From assembly GCA_045636385.1 (NCBI GenBank), contig JAZTXK010000048.1, positions 1,954-65,953 on the forward strand: DNA of 64,000 nt, in the 5' to 3' direction. Position numbers and translations under genes: made by a program. This stretch comes from Eubacteriales bacterium. Its GTDB lineage: Bacteria; Bacillota; Clostridia; Oscillospirales; CAG-272. Shown piece by piece: positions 8,602 to 16,674 of the stretch (its first letter is position 1; every line of letters starts with the position of its first letter). The notes beneath the pieces are model-generated. The model was not told the DNA's origin. It made no database searches and was given only the letters and a program-made list of their open reading frames with translations.

Positions 8602-8668
8602 TTCTTATTCATCTTTCCCACGCAGCTCTGCCGCGGGGAAAATGATAAGACGATTTTGGAGGTAATAT

Positions 8669-10087
8669 ATGAAAAAGCTAATACGGATGATACTATTTAC
8701 AGCAATTATTGCTATTCTATTGTCCTCATGCCAATCAATATATGAAATGCCCGTTGTAACCACCGGTCCCGCAGAAGGATTTGAATTAGCCCCCGACCAG
8801 GAATATTATACTATGGGTTACCCTTATCAAAGTGGAGATATTGCTTACGGAATGCTGTATGAAGGATGTTTAATTTTTATCGAGGAACGTCCGACTATAG
8901 GTCAGGTCGGAGTAAAGACGAACGGCGAAGAAAGCGTCCCTGTATATGGCGAAACAACTGTCAAAAGAGTTGTCAAATACAATCCGGTAACGGGTATTAT
9001 TTCAAGCCCCTGCCTTAATCCGAGCTGCAATCATTCGATCGGCTCAGACTGCCCTATGCTCTTTCCTTATATCGAGGAAGAGAAACACGATCATATATTC
9101 AGAGGAATATTCGGCGATTGGCTTGTAATATGGACGAATATTTATAATGAAGAATTTCGGATGCTCTATGAGGAAACCCTATATAATCTCAAAACGGGAG
9201 AGGTACGGCGCGTTTTCAGTGATGAATTGGGTTCAGAAATATTGGTTCGCTGGAGCGGCGGCTCTTATTATAACGGAAAATATTACAGAGTGAAAAAGAT
9301 TCTGAACTATTCGGGCACCGGTTATAAACCCGGGCAAAAGGGGATGAGTATTAGTAAATACACGCCCTTTACAAGGCAATTTCTTTATGAATATGATTTC
9401 GAAAGCGACACAAGTAAAGAGCTTTTTGAAATACCTACAGGATATAATCTTGGTAAGTTTACTAACAAAAGAATTTATTTTGCTAACGATGTGAGAGATA
9501 CAATCTCCTTTAAAATGGACGGCACGGATAAACGCAGAGAAGAATCCATGGATGGTATGGGTATAAATAATTTGGTTGGTACATATACGATTTACCAAAA
9601 AGACACTGGCAAAATCAATGGCTACATGGTTCACGATCTTAAAACCAAGGAACAAAAAGAAGTGATCTTTGATTTTTCAATGATAGGTTACGTCTGCGCG
9701 ACCGAAAAAGGCATTCTTGCTAATCATCAGACAAAATATGACGAATGGAAGAACTTTTCAGCAAAGGAATACCGCGAGCAGAATCCCGGTGCAACTACAA
9801 AAGAAGTCAATGCCGCAGCAAAAAAGATTTTAGCTGAGGGCACGGCACAGATATGGCAGTGCGGCTATATGGGCGAGGATCCTCACGTGATCTTCGAATT
9901 GAAGCATGCTATGATAAAAACGATCGCAGCACAAGGTGATTACCTTTTTGCCATAGTAAGCCGCTACGACCCCGAAACCGGAGAAGAAATATCAAATGGC
10001 AGATCGGTTATAAATATAAAAACCGGTGAGATCAGCGAGATCCCCTATCTCGATATCGTTGTTCCCGATTGGTACGTTAACGATTAA
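8669..10087 (+). CDS. L-family lipoprotein (L3)
   Basis: GGAGG RBS, lipobox LSSC, SSPCLNPSCNHSIGSDC motif, C-terminal LDIVVPDWYVND. Confidence 0.85.
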   Translation: MKKLIRMILFTAIIAILLSSCQSIYEMPVVTTGPAEGFELAPDQEYYTMGYPYQSGDIAYGMLYEGCLIFIEERPTIGQVGVKTNGEESVPVYGETTVKRVVKYNPVTGIISSPCLNPSCNHSIGSDCPMLFPYIEEEKHDHIFRGIFGDWLVIWTNIYNEEFRMLYEETLYNLKTGEVRRVFSDELGSEILVRWSGGSYYNGKYYRVKKILNYSGTGYKPGQKGMSISKYTPFTRQFLYEYDFESDTSKELFEIPTGYNLGKFTNKRIYFANDVRDTISFKMDGTDKRREESMDGMGINNLVGTYTIYQKDTGKINGYMVHDLKTKEQKEVIFDFSMIGYVCATEKGILANHQTKYDEWKNFSAKEYREQNPGATTKEVNAAAKKILAEGTAQIWQCGYMGEDPHVIFELKHAMIKTIAAQGDYLFAIVSRYDPETGEEISNGRSVINIKTGEISEIPYLDIVVPDWYVND

Positions 10088-10103
10088 GATTAATACGCTT
10101 TAC

Positions 10104-10131
10104 AGAGAACCCCGCGGGGTTCTCTCTTTTT
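10104..10131 (+). terminator. intrinsic terminator after L3
   Basis: AGAGAACCCCGCGGGGTTCTCT hairpin followed by CTTTTT. Confidence 0.65.
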
Positions 10132-10141
10132 GAAAAATATA

Positions 10142-10170
10142 TTGACATTTCACAAAAAATGTGTTATTAT
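10142..10170 (+). promoter_or_regulatory. sigma-A type promoter upstream of L4
   Basis: TTGACA, 17-nt spacer, TATTAT. The spacer shares TCACAAAAAAT with the S2/S3 promoters. Confidence 0.5.
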
Positions 10171-10252
10171 ATAGGTACAATATTGTTACATTGTTACATT
10201 TTTTACGGCAATGCAGCTGAGGTTGGTAAAATATATTATGAGGCATATTGAT

Positions 10253-11662
10253 ATGAAACGATTTGTTAACCTTATTTTGCTATCCATCGCGCTCTGTATT
10301 TCATTTACTTCCTGCACCGGTATTTATTCGGAGCTTCCCGATGTCGTAACGACGAATACTGTCACTGTCGATCTGAATAAAGAATATTTCACCACCGGTT
10401 CGGTATATGAAAAAGGCAATACGACCGAGGGCGTTTTCCACAACGGGTATTGGATCTACAGAGAGGTACAAGAATATTCATACAATTATAAAAGGCCCGA
10501 CGGTAAGATTGTAACGTCGAGCGGAAACAATATGGTTCGTTTTGTCAAATTAAATACTGCAACCGGGGTATTATCAAGCCTTTGTCTTGATCCCGTGTGC
10601 AATCATTCTATCGGTTCGGGATGCATTATGATATGTCCGTCGGGCGGCACACCGCTGATTCAGGGGTTTGTGGGCGATAATATTCTTTTAACTTACGGAG
10701 TACGTGACGAAATATACGGATATTTAAATCAATCCTACGTATATAATCTCACAACCGGTGAGACGAAAATTATTTTTGCACATAATATGGCAGACAATGT
10801 GCTCACTAAGTATTCATCAAGATATATTTTTGATGATACTTACTATGTTGTAATGGATGTTCTGGATTATTCGAATACCGGATACAACCCTCAGGATCAA
10901 CAACCGTTGTCAAATTACAATCCCGAAACCGTTAGCATACTTTGTGAATATGATTTTAAAAAGGACACCCTTAAAGAATTGTTTGAAATTCCCGTCGGGT
11001 ATTCGTTGTGCATTGTCAGCAACAAGCGCTTTTTCTTTTCAAGTACCGAAATGGATATGTATTCTTGCGATCGCAACGGTGAAAATATGAAAAAAGAAAA
11101 AGTGCTCGATTTTTCTCCGCAATTTTTATGTGGGACCTACGCTTATAATATTGATTATGAAACGTATGAAATCGAGATCTACGATCTGAATACAAATGAA
11201 AAGCATACGCTGAAAAATGAAATCAGTTCGACATATTGCACGATTGCAGAATCGGGTATCATCAAGAATGATCTGTCTGTTATGGATGAATACAAGGATG
11301 TCAAAGCAAACGGTTTTAAAGAGCTTGAAAAACAATATCCGGATCTCCATAGAAATGAAATAACCAAAATGTACGATACACTCTGCCGAAAGGTGCGCTG
11401 CAGCGGAACAACACAGATTTGGAAATGGGATCTCAACGGAAGCAACCCGCAAATGTTATTTGAATTTGATAAAGCATTGGCAAAGATAATCTTTGCTACC
11501 GATGATCACCTTTACGGCTTCGTATACCGCGCCGACCCGAACAACAATTATGAAGAAGCGCCGTACGAAAACGAAGGAAGAAGCTACATCAACCTCAAAA
11601 CCGGAGAAATAACGCCGATCCCATATCTGGAACTTATTATTCCCGAACTTGTTGAACAGTAA
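10253..11662 (+). CDS. L-family lipoprotein (L4, closest to L1)
   Basis: ATG 10253 has GAGG 7 nt upstream and gives the lipoprotein signal MKRFVNLILLSIALCISFTSC. The listed start 10211 adds 14 residues that do not look like signal peptide. Motif SSLCLDPVCNHSIGSGC. Confidence 0.8.
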   Translation: MKRFVNLILLSIALCISFTSCTGIYSELPDVVTTNTVTVDLNKEYFTTGSVYEKGNTTEGVFHNGYWIYREVQEYSYNYKRPDGKIVTSSGNNMVRFVKLNTATGVLSSLCLDPVCNHSIGSGCIMICPSGGTPLIQGFVGDNILLTYGVRDEIYGYLNQSYVYNLTTGETKIIFAHNMADNVLTKYSSRYIFDDTYYVVMDVLDYSNTGYNPQDQQPLSNYNPETVSILCEYDFKKDTLKELFEIPVGYSLCIVSNKRFFFSSTEMDMYSCDRNGENMKKEKVLDFSPQFLCGTYAYNIDYETYEIEIYDLNTNEKHTLKNEISSTYCTIAESGIIKNDLSVMDEYKDVKANGFKELEKQYPDLHRNEITKMYDTLCRKVRCSGTTQIWKWDLNGSNPQMLFEFDKALAKIIFATDDHLYGFVYRADPNNNYEEAPYENEGRSYINLKTGEITPIPYLELIIPELVEQ

Positions 11663-11707
11663 GGAAACCAATTAATAATTTTCACAGAGATCCATACTGG
11701 GGTCTCT

Positions 11708-11776
11708 GTCCAGATATACGGCAAGGATGGCTCGGTCGATACGATTGAGGATAAGCTCACCGATACTTACGAATAA
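11708..11776 (+). pseudogene. second, more diverged relic of the 140-aa gene 3' end
   Basis: Encodes ..QIYGKDGSVDTIEDKLTDTYE*; compare ..EIYGIDGSVDTIEDKITSTYE* at 3341. Confidence 0.55.
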
Positions 11777-11846
11777 ATCCAAACCCGATTTCGGGCCGGG
11801 GGTGTACGCATAGACTCCATACCCTGCGCGTAATATCATAGCTTTC

Positions 11847-11880
11847 ACAGAGAACCCCGCGAGGTTCTCTGTATTTTTTT
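11847..11880 (+). terminator. intrinsic terminator closing the cassette array
   Basis: ACAGAGAACCCCGCGAGGTTCTCTGT followed by a T-run. It and the next ~40 nt duplicate 7728-7800. Confidence 0.65.
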
Positions 11881-11948
11881 GCCAAAGCTATGGACTTTTC
11901 AAAAAAATGTGATATAATATATAGGAAATAATTTTTAAGGATAACGCT

Positions 11949-12797
11949 ATGGTAAAAAAGATAATCAAGGATTATGCCGTCATAACCTTCGGCGCGGTCG
12001 TTGCCGCGGCGGCGATCTACTTTTTCATGCTTCCAAGCCACATCGCGGTCGGAAGCGGCTCGGCTCTGGCGATGGTTCTCGCGAACTTCATCCCCCTGCC
12101 CGTGTCGGTCATTTCGCTCTCACTCAACATCATCTTTCTGATACTCGGATTCATCCTGATCGGCCCCGAATTCGGTGCCAAAACGGTCTACACCACCATA
12201 CTCGTGCCTGTTTCGCTCGGTATTTTTGAGACGTTTTTTCCCGATTTTCAGTCGCTGACCGCCGATCCACTGCTCGATATGGTCTGCTATCTGCTTATAG
12301 TCGGCATCGCAATGGCTCTGCTCTTCTCGCATAACGCGTCGTCGGGCGGCCTTGATATCGTCGCGAAGATAATGCATAAATATCTCAGAATGGAGCTTGG
12401 CACGGCAATCTCGGTCTCGGGACTCGCGGTTGCGCTGACGACCGTCTTCGCCTACGACTCAAAAACCGTCGTGCTCAGTATCCTCGGTACATATCTCAGC
12501 GGAATCGTCGTTGACAAGTTCATTTTCGGACTCAACATCAAGCGCCGCGTCTGCATCCTTTCAAAGGAGCATACCGAGGAGATCGTCGATTACCTGCTCC
12601 ACGAGCTCCACAGCGGCGCCTCGCTCTACGACGTCATCGGCGCTTACGACGGTGCCGTCCGCCGTGAAATACTCGCAATCGTTGATAAAAATGAGTACCG
12701 CAAGCTGATGGACTTCGTCAAGAAGACCGACCCCACAGCATTCGTCACCGTTTATTCTGTCAATGAGCTGAGATACCAGCCGAAAGTAAAGCGGTGA
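11949..12797 (+). CDS. YitT-family membrane protein (with DUF2179-like C-terminus)
   Basis: N-terminus KDYAVITFGAVVAAAAIYFF with several TM helices. Soluble C-terminal domain ending FVTVYSVNELRY, typical of YitT/DUF2179. Confidence 0.7.
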   Translation: MVKKIIKDYAVITFGAVVAAAAIYFFMLPSHIAVGSGSALAMVLANFIPLPVSVISLSLNIIFLILGFILIGPEFGAKTVYTTILVPVSLGIFETFFPDFQSLTADPLLDMVCYLLIVGIAMALLFSHNASSGGLDIVAKIMHKYLRMELGTAISVSGLAVALTTVFAYDSKTVVLSILGTYLSGIVVDKFIFGLNIKRRVCILSKEHTEEIVDYLLHELHSGASLYDVIGAYDGAVRREILAIVDKNEYRKLMDFVKKTDPTAFVTVYSVNELRYQPKVKR

Positions 12798-12805
12798 GAG
12801 CAAAT

Positions 12806-12944
12806 GAGGAGGGCAGAGGTAAGAGGGCAGAGGGCAGAGGTAAAGGAAAATTTCCTCACTCCGTTCGGAAATTATTTTAATAAAAAATTGCTTTTCGCTT
12901 GCGAAAAGCTTCCATACCTCTGCCCTCTGCCCTCTGCCCTCTGC
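12806..12944. repeat. inverted repeat built from tandem GGGCAGA heptamers flanking an inner hairpin
   Basis: Left arm GAGGAGGGCAGAGGTAAGAGGGCAGAGGGCAGAGGTA. Right arm TACCTCTGCCCTCTGCCCTCTGCCCTCTGC. Inner hairpin GCTTTTCG-CTTG-CGAAAAGC at 12890-12909. Confidence 0.8.
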
Positions 12945-12979
12945 AATAAAAAATCTGAATTATAATAAAGGATATAAAA

Positions 12980-13777
12980 ATGAAAAACATAGAAAACCTC
13001 CTCCTCCCCCTCATCCGCGAGGCGGGTAAAATTATGACGGGTGCGCGAGAAATCGAAGGCACTGTCAGCGAAAAGGGCGGCGACAGCGCGAATATGGTGA
13101 CCGTATTTGACGTCGCTGTGCAGAATTTCCTGATGAATGAGATCACAAAGCTCATTCCCGATGCCTTTTTCTTCGCCGAGGAAAAGGAAAACAACGCCGA
13201 GGATCTTATGCGCGACTACTGTTTCGTCATTGATCCGATCGACGGAACGACCAATTTTGTTCACGAATACCGCTATTCCTGCATCTCCGTCGCAATGTTC
13301 TCGCGCGGAGAGGTAAAATTCGCCGCGATATACGATCCCTACGCCGACGAGATGTTCTCCGCCGCGAAGGGTTGCGGCGCATTCCTCAATGGGGCGCCGA
13401 TGAAGGTCTCCGACCGCGACATGGCGCATTCTCTCGTTGCCTTCGGCACCTGTCCGCATTCGAAGGGACAGCTTGGCGAGGCGAGCTTTCGTCTTGCTCA
13501 CGCGCTTTACAGCGAGTGCAGCGACGTTCGCCGCGCAGGCGCGGCGGCACTCGACATCGCGCATCTTGCCGCGGGCAGAAACGATATTTTCTTTGAGCTT
13601 CTGCTCTCGCCCTGGGATTTCGCCGCGGGCTCGCTCCTTGTCCGTGAAGCGGGAGGCATCATTACCAACGCCGAGGGAAAAGAGATCGACTTTTCCGCTC
13701 CCTCGCCCGTCCTCGCCGCAAATCCCCGCGTCTTTGGCAGTTTTCTCGAGATCGCCAAAGAAGTCCTTGCTAAATAA
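12980..13777 (+). CDS. inositol monophosphatase family protein
   Basis: IMPase signatures FVIDPIDGTTNFVH and WDFAAGSLLVREAGG. Confidence 0.85.
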   Translation: MKNIENLLLPLIREAGKIMTGAREIEGTVSEKGGDSANMVTVFDVAVQNFLMNEITKLIPDAFFFAEEKENNAEDLMRDYCFVIDPIDGTTNFVHEYRYSCISVAMFSRGEVKFAAIYDPYADEMFSAAKGCGAFLNGAPMKVSDRDMAHSLVAFGTCPHSKGQLGEASFRLAHALYSECSDVRRAGAAALDIAHLAAGRNDIFFELLLSPWDFAAGSLLVREAGGIITNAEGKEIDFSAPSPVLAANPRVFGSFLEIAKEVLAK

Positions 13778-13782
13778 AAAAA

Positions 13783-13807
13783 CACTCACCCGACCGTCGG
13801 GTGAGTG
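13783..13807. terminator. bidirectional terminator hairpin between convergent genes
   Basis: CACTCACCCGA-CCG-TCGGGTGAGTG, preceded by an A-run. Confidence 0.55.
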
Positions 13808-13816
13808 AATTCATAA

Positions 13817-14251
13817 TTACTTGCCTTCGTATTCGTAAATTCTCGCGAGCTTGGGCGCGGAACGGCTGTTTTCGTCGTAGGTGACCGAAAGGTATTCCTT
13901 AACGATGCACTTAGCAAGCTCGTTACCGACGACCTGCGAGCCGATGGTGATGATGTTTGCGTGGTTGGAAAGCTCGGCGCGCTGTGCCTGATAAACGTCG
14001 TGAACGCAGGCTGCGTATGCACCCTTCACCTTGTTTGCGGCGATCGAAACACCGATTCCGGTTCCGCAGATAAGTATGCCACGGTCGTATTTCTTTGCGG
14101 CAACAGCCTCAGCAACCTCGAAGGCTACGTTCGCGTAGATCGTATCGTCGCTTCCGAAGTCACAAACCTCGTGACCGAGAGCGGATACGAATTCGATAAG
14201 CTCCTTTTTAAGTGCCGCGGCGTTGGGGTCGCAGCCAAAAGCGATCTTCAT
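13817..14251 (-). CDS. rpiB: ribose-5-phosphate isomerase B (RpiB/LacA/LacB family)
   Basis: MKIAFGCDPNAA..., CGTGIGVSIAANKVKGAYAA and a 144-aa length are typical of RpiB. Confidence 0.85.
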   Translation of the reverse strand: MKIAFGCDPNAAALKKELIEFVSALGHEVCDFGSDDTIYANVAFEVAEAVAAKKYDRGILICGTGIGVSIAANKVKGAYAACVHDVYQAQRAELSNHANIITIGSQVVGNELAKCIVKEYLSVTYDENSRSAPKLARIYEYEGK

Positions 14252-14386
14252 TTTTTATTTTCTCCCTGAATAAAATATTGCGCTGATGACGATAATAAAA
14301 CAGAAAATTTGCGCGCAATTATATTATATCATAACGTAAAGAATATTGCAATAGAATGACAGATTTTTGTGGTCAGGAGAACAACA

Positions 14387-15172
14387 ATGTTTAAGCTTTT
14401 CAATAATTTCTTCACACACAAGGACTTCCTCGGCGGACTCGATCTGCCGGGACGGCTTTTTTCGCCGCTTCATCTGATATTTTCCGCCTGCCTTCTGGCG
14501 GTGATCATCCACTCGGCTTTCCGCATAGCAAAGAAATCGGAAAGCGCACAAAAGAAGTTGCTTTTGACACTTTGGGCGTTTTTCGTGATCTTCGAGATCG
14601 TCAAAACGCTCTACGAAACATTTTGCGGAGAGAGCGTGCGCTTTGAGGTGACAGGCGTTCTGCCGCTTTATCCTTGCAGTGTTTATCTCTATTCCCTCCC
14701 CTTTTGCTTTTCAAAAAAACGTCAAGTAAAGCTTGCCGCGTGCGGTTATCTCTTCACGGTGGGGCTTCTCGGCGCAGCGATCAATTTCGTCTATCCCGCA
14801 AACGTCCTCTCGAACTATTCCTGCATCTCATTTATGGGATTCCACACGCTTTTCTATCACGGAACGATGCTCTTTTCGATGCTTGTGATGCTCATTTCGG
14901 GCTATCACCGCTATAACGGCGTCGAAAAAGCTTGGGAATTGCTCCTCCCCGCCCTGCCGATGCTGATAATGTCGATCCCCGCGAATATAATCAATTTCTC
15001 ACCGATTGGCTCTGATTATATGTTCTTCAAGTGCAATTCCTTCTTCCTCCCCGCAATCTTCGGCGGACTTTCCGACGGCGTGACGACGGTGCTGGCTTAC
15101 TTGCTTTACGCAATACTGCCGGGACTGTTCTATTTGCCGGGGTATTTGATGAATAAAAAAACAGATAAATAA
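14387..15172 (+). CDS. integral membrane protein (possibly YwaF/TIGR02206-like)
   Basis: About 7 hydrophobic helices. AGGAG sits 7 nt before ATG 14387. The family assignment is tentative. Confidence 0.45.
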   Translation: MFKLFNNFFTHKDFLGGLDLPGRLFSPLHLIFSACLLAVIIHSAFRIAKKSESAQKKLLLTLWAFFVIFEIVKTLYETFCGESVRFEVTGVLPLYPCSVYLYSLPFCFSKKRQVKLAACGYLFTVGLLGAAINFVYPANVLSNYSCISFMGFHTLFYHGTMLFSMLVMLISGYHRYNGVEKAWELLLPALPMLIMSIPANIINFSPIGSDYMFFKCNSFFLPAIFGGLSDGVTTVLAYLLYAILPGLFYLPGYLMNKKTDK

Positions 15173-15175
15173 TTA

Positions 15176-15214
15176 CCTTGGCTGTCTCACTTTATCGTGG
15201 ACAGCCAAGGTTTA
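15176..15214. terminator. hairpin terminator between convergent genes
   Basis: CCTTGGCTGTC ... GACAGCCAAGG stem followed by TTTA. Confidence 0.5.
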
Positions 15215-15333
15215 TATCTGCGAAATTATTGTTTGCATTCATCTGCGTTTAATGTTTAGCTTCGTACTATAATCAATGCCCCCATAAGTGAGAAACGTCT
15301 GTACTGCATAATACCAATAAGTAGCGATACTAT

Positions 15334-15699
15334 TTACACCCCATAATGAATCATATATTTCTCATCCTCTATCGCATTACGGATGGTTTCAGCCAATGCG
15401 GCAAGGGATTTATCGATTGCATACCTTTTATCGGAAACAACAATATCGAGAAATGACGGAAGGGATTCGGGCGGGATTATTGTTATTCCCCCACGCGAAA
15501 GTGACTTTTGCGATTGTAAAATGTGATTCGAAAAAACATTAAATGTATCAATTTGGGAAAGCGACTCCCACCAATCATTCAGATACATATCGTCATCTAT
15601 GGCTACACAATGATACTTTTCGGGAGCATATTCTAAGTATTTTCCTCGCTTTTGGAATTTTTCGAAGTCATCAATAATTCCAAATTCCGTACTGATCAT
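15334..15699 (-). CDS. small hypothetical protein, last gene of the McrB-like operon
   Basis: ATG 15699 is preceded by GGTGA. The listed start 15738 is TTG and overlaps the upstream gene. AT-rich relative to upstream genes. No recognised motif. Confidence 0.5.
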   Translation of the reverse strand: MISTEFGIIDDFEKFQKRGKYLEYAPEKYHCVAIDDDMYLNDWWESLSQIDTFNVFSNHILQSQKSLSRGGITIIPPESLPSFLDIVVSDKRYAIDKSLAALAETIRNAIEDEKYMIHYGV

Positions 15700-15727
15700 T
15701 TTATCACCATTATAGTCGAAATTATTC

Positions 15728-16054
15728 TTATTTATCAATAATGAAAGTCCATCTTGCCGCTATCTTCTCGGGCATCATACCCCTCAGAATTTCTGCGTCT
15801 CTTTTCAAAGCATGTTGGCGCGCGTGGAAAAACTCAAACTCGCCTCTGCCTTCGTGGAATCCGAACTGAAATTCAAGACCGTTTTTCTTTTTATACGGAA
15901 AAACAGGATCAAGAACTGCGTAAATCGCATTCAGGACGTCCATCGAGTTGGTTTTCCAGTTGGCAATTATCCATTCTTCATTTTCTTCAAACCAACCCCA
16001 AAAATATTTGGCAGCCGCAATATCTATTTTCTTTTTTAAAAACAGATCAAACAT
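15728..16054 (-). CDS. small hypothetical protein (108 aa)
   Basis: ATG 16054 has GGAGGT 8 nt upstream and overlaps the YdcF-like stop by 8 nt. AT-rich. No recognised motif. Confidence 0.55.
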   Translation of the reverse strand: MFDLFLKKKIDIAAAKYFWGWFEENEEWIIANWKTNSMDVLNAIYAVLDPVFPYKKKNGLEFQFGFHEGRGEFEFFHARQHALKRDAEILRGMMPEKIAARWTFIIDK

Positions 16055-16673
16055 TCAAGCTTACCTCCATGTCCTCAATAACCCCGCTGTCGGCGAGGTC
16101 TTTAAGGAGTCTCACCTCGGTATCGAGGGCTTTGAGGTTGTCTTCTGACTTGAACCATTCGTCGGTGGGGGCGTTGTGGAATGCGGGGTAGGCGGAGAAA
16201 GTCAGCATACGGGGCATGAGGGCTTTTGCGAGTGCCATACTGCGCTTCATATGCGCCTCGGAGGTGACGATGATGACGTGCTCGGCGTTCTTGAACTTCA
16301 GCTTACGGTAGATCTGCAGAGTGCCGAAGATCATATTCTCGACCGTGGTGGTCGCTTGATTTTCGAGGATGATCGCTTCCTCGGGCACGCCGTTTTCGGT
16401 CAGAATACGCTTCATAAAGTGCGATTCGCTGATCATCTCGCCGTCGATATCCCACTTGACGCCGCCGCTGGGGATGATGTAGGGCACTCTGCCCGCGCGG
16501 TAAAGCTCTGACGCCGCGAGGGCGCGGTTGCGGGCATTGTTCGGATTGCCGCCGAGCAAGAGCGCGACGGGCGCACTCATACCGTCGTCGACGATGTCGC
16601 CGCAGACGAACTCATATTTTTCACGGGGAGAGAGCGCCATAAGCGTCTCTTTTTTGATTTCGGTAATTTTCAT
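16047..16673 (-). CDS. YdcF/DUF218 (ElyC/SanA-type) family protein
   Basis: From MKITEIKK: LLLGGNPNNARNRALAASELYRAGRVPYIIPSGG and TTVENMIF..IIVTSEAHMKRS are typical DUF218. ATG 16673 lies 1 nt after the upstream stop. The listed longer ORF overlaps the upstream gene. Confidence 0.75.
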   Translation of the reverse strand: MKITEIKKETLMALSPREKYEFVCGDIVDDGMSAPVALLLGGNPNNARNRALAASELYRAGRVPYIIPSGGVKWDIDGEMISESHFMKRILTENGVPEEAIILENQATTTVENMIFGTLQIYRKLKFKNAEHVIIVTSEAHMKRSMALAKALMPRMLTFSAYPAFHNAPTDEWFKSEDNLKALDTEVRLLKDLADSGVIEDMEVSLNV

Positions 16674-16674
16674 T

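Noticed and set aside
12806-12944. Possibility that the GGGCAGA repeats are a CRISPR array or minisatellite-encoded peptide
   Set aside because: The 7-nt units have no spacers, the two blocks are inverted copies of each other, and no cas genes are present. It is not a CRISPR array.
12872-13789. 305-aa minus-strand ORF
   Set aside because: It is antisense to the IMPase gene (DPIDGT and WDxAAG motifs) and its 3' part runs through the G-rich repeat.
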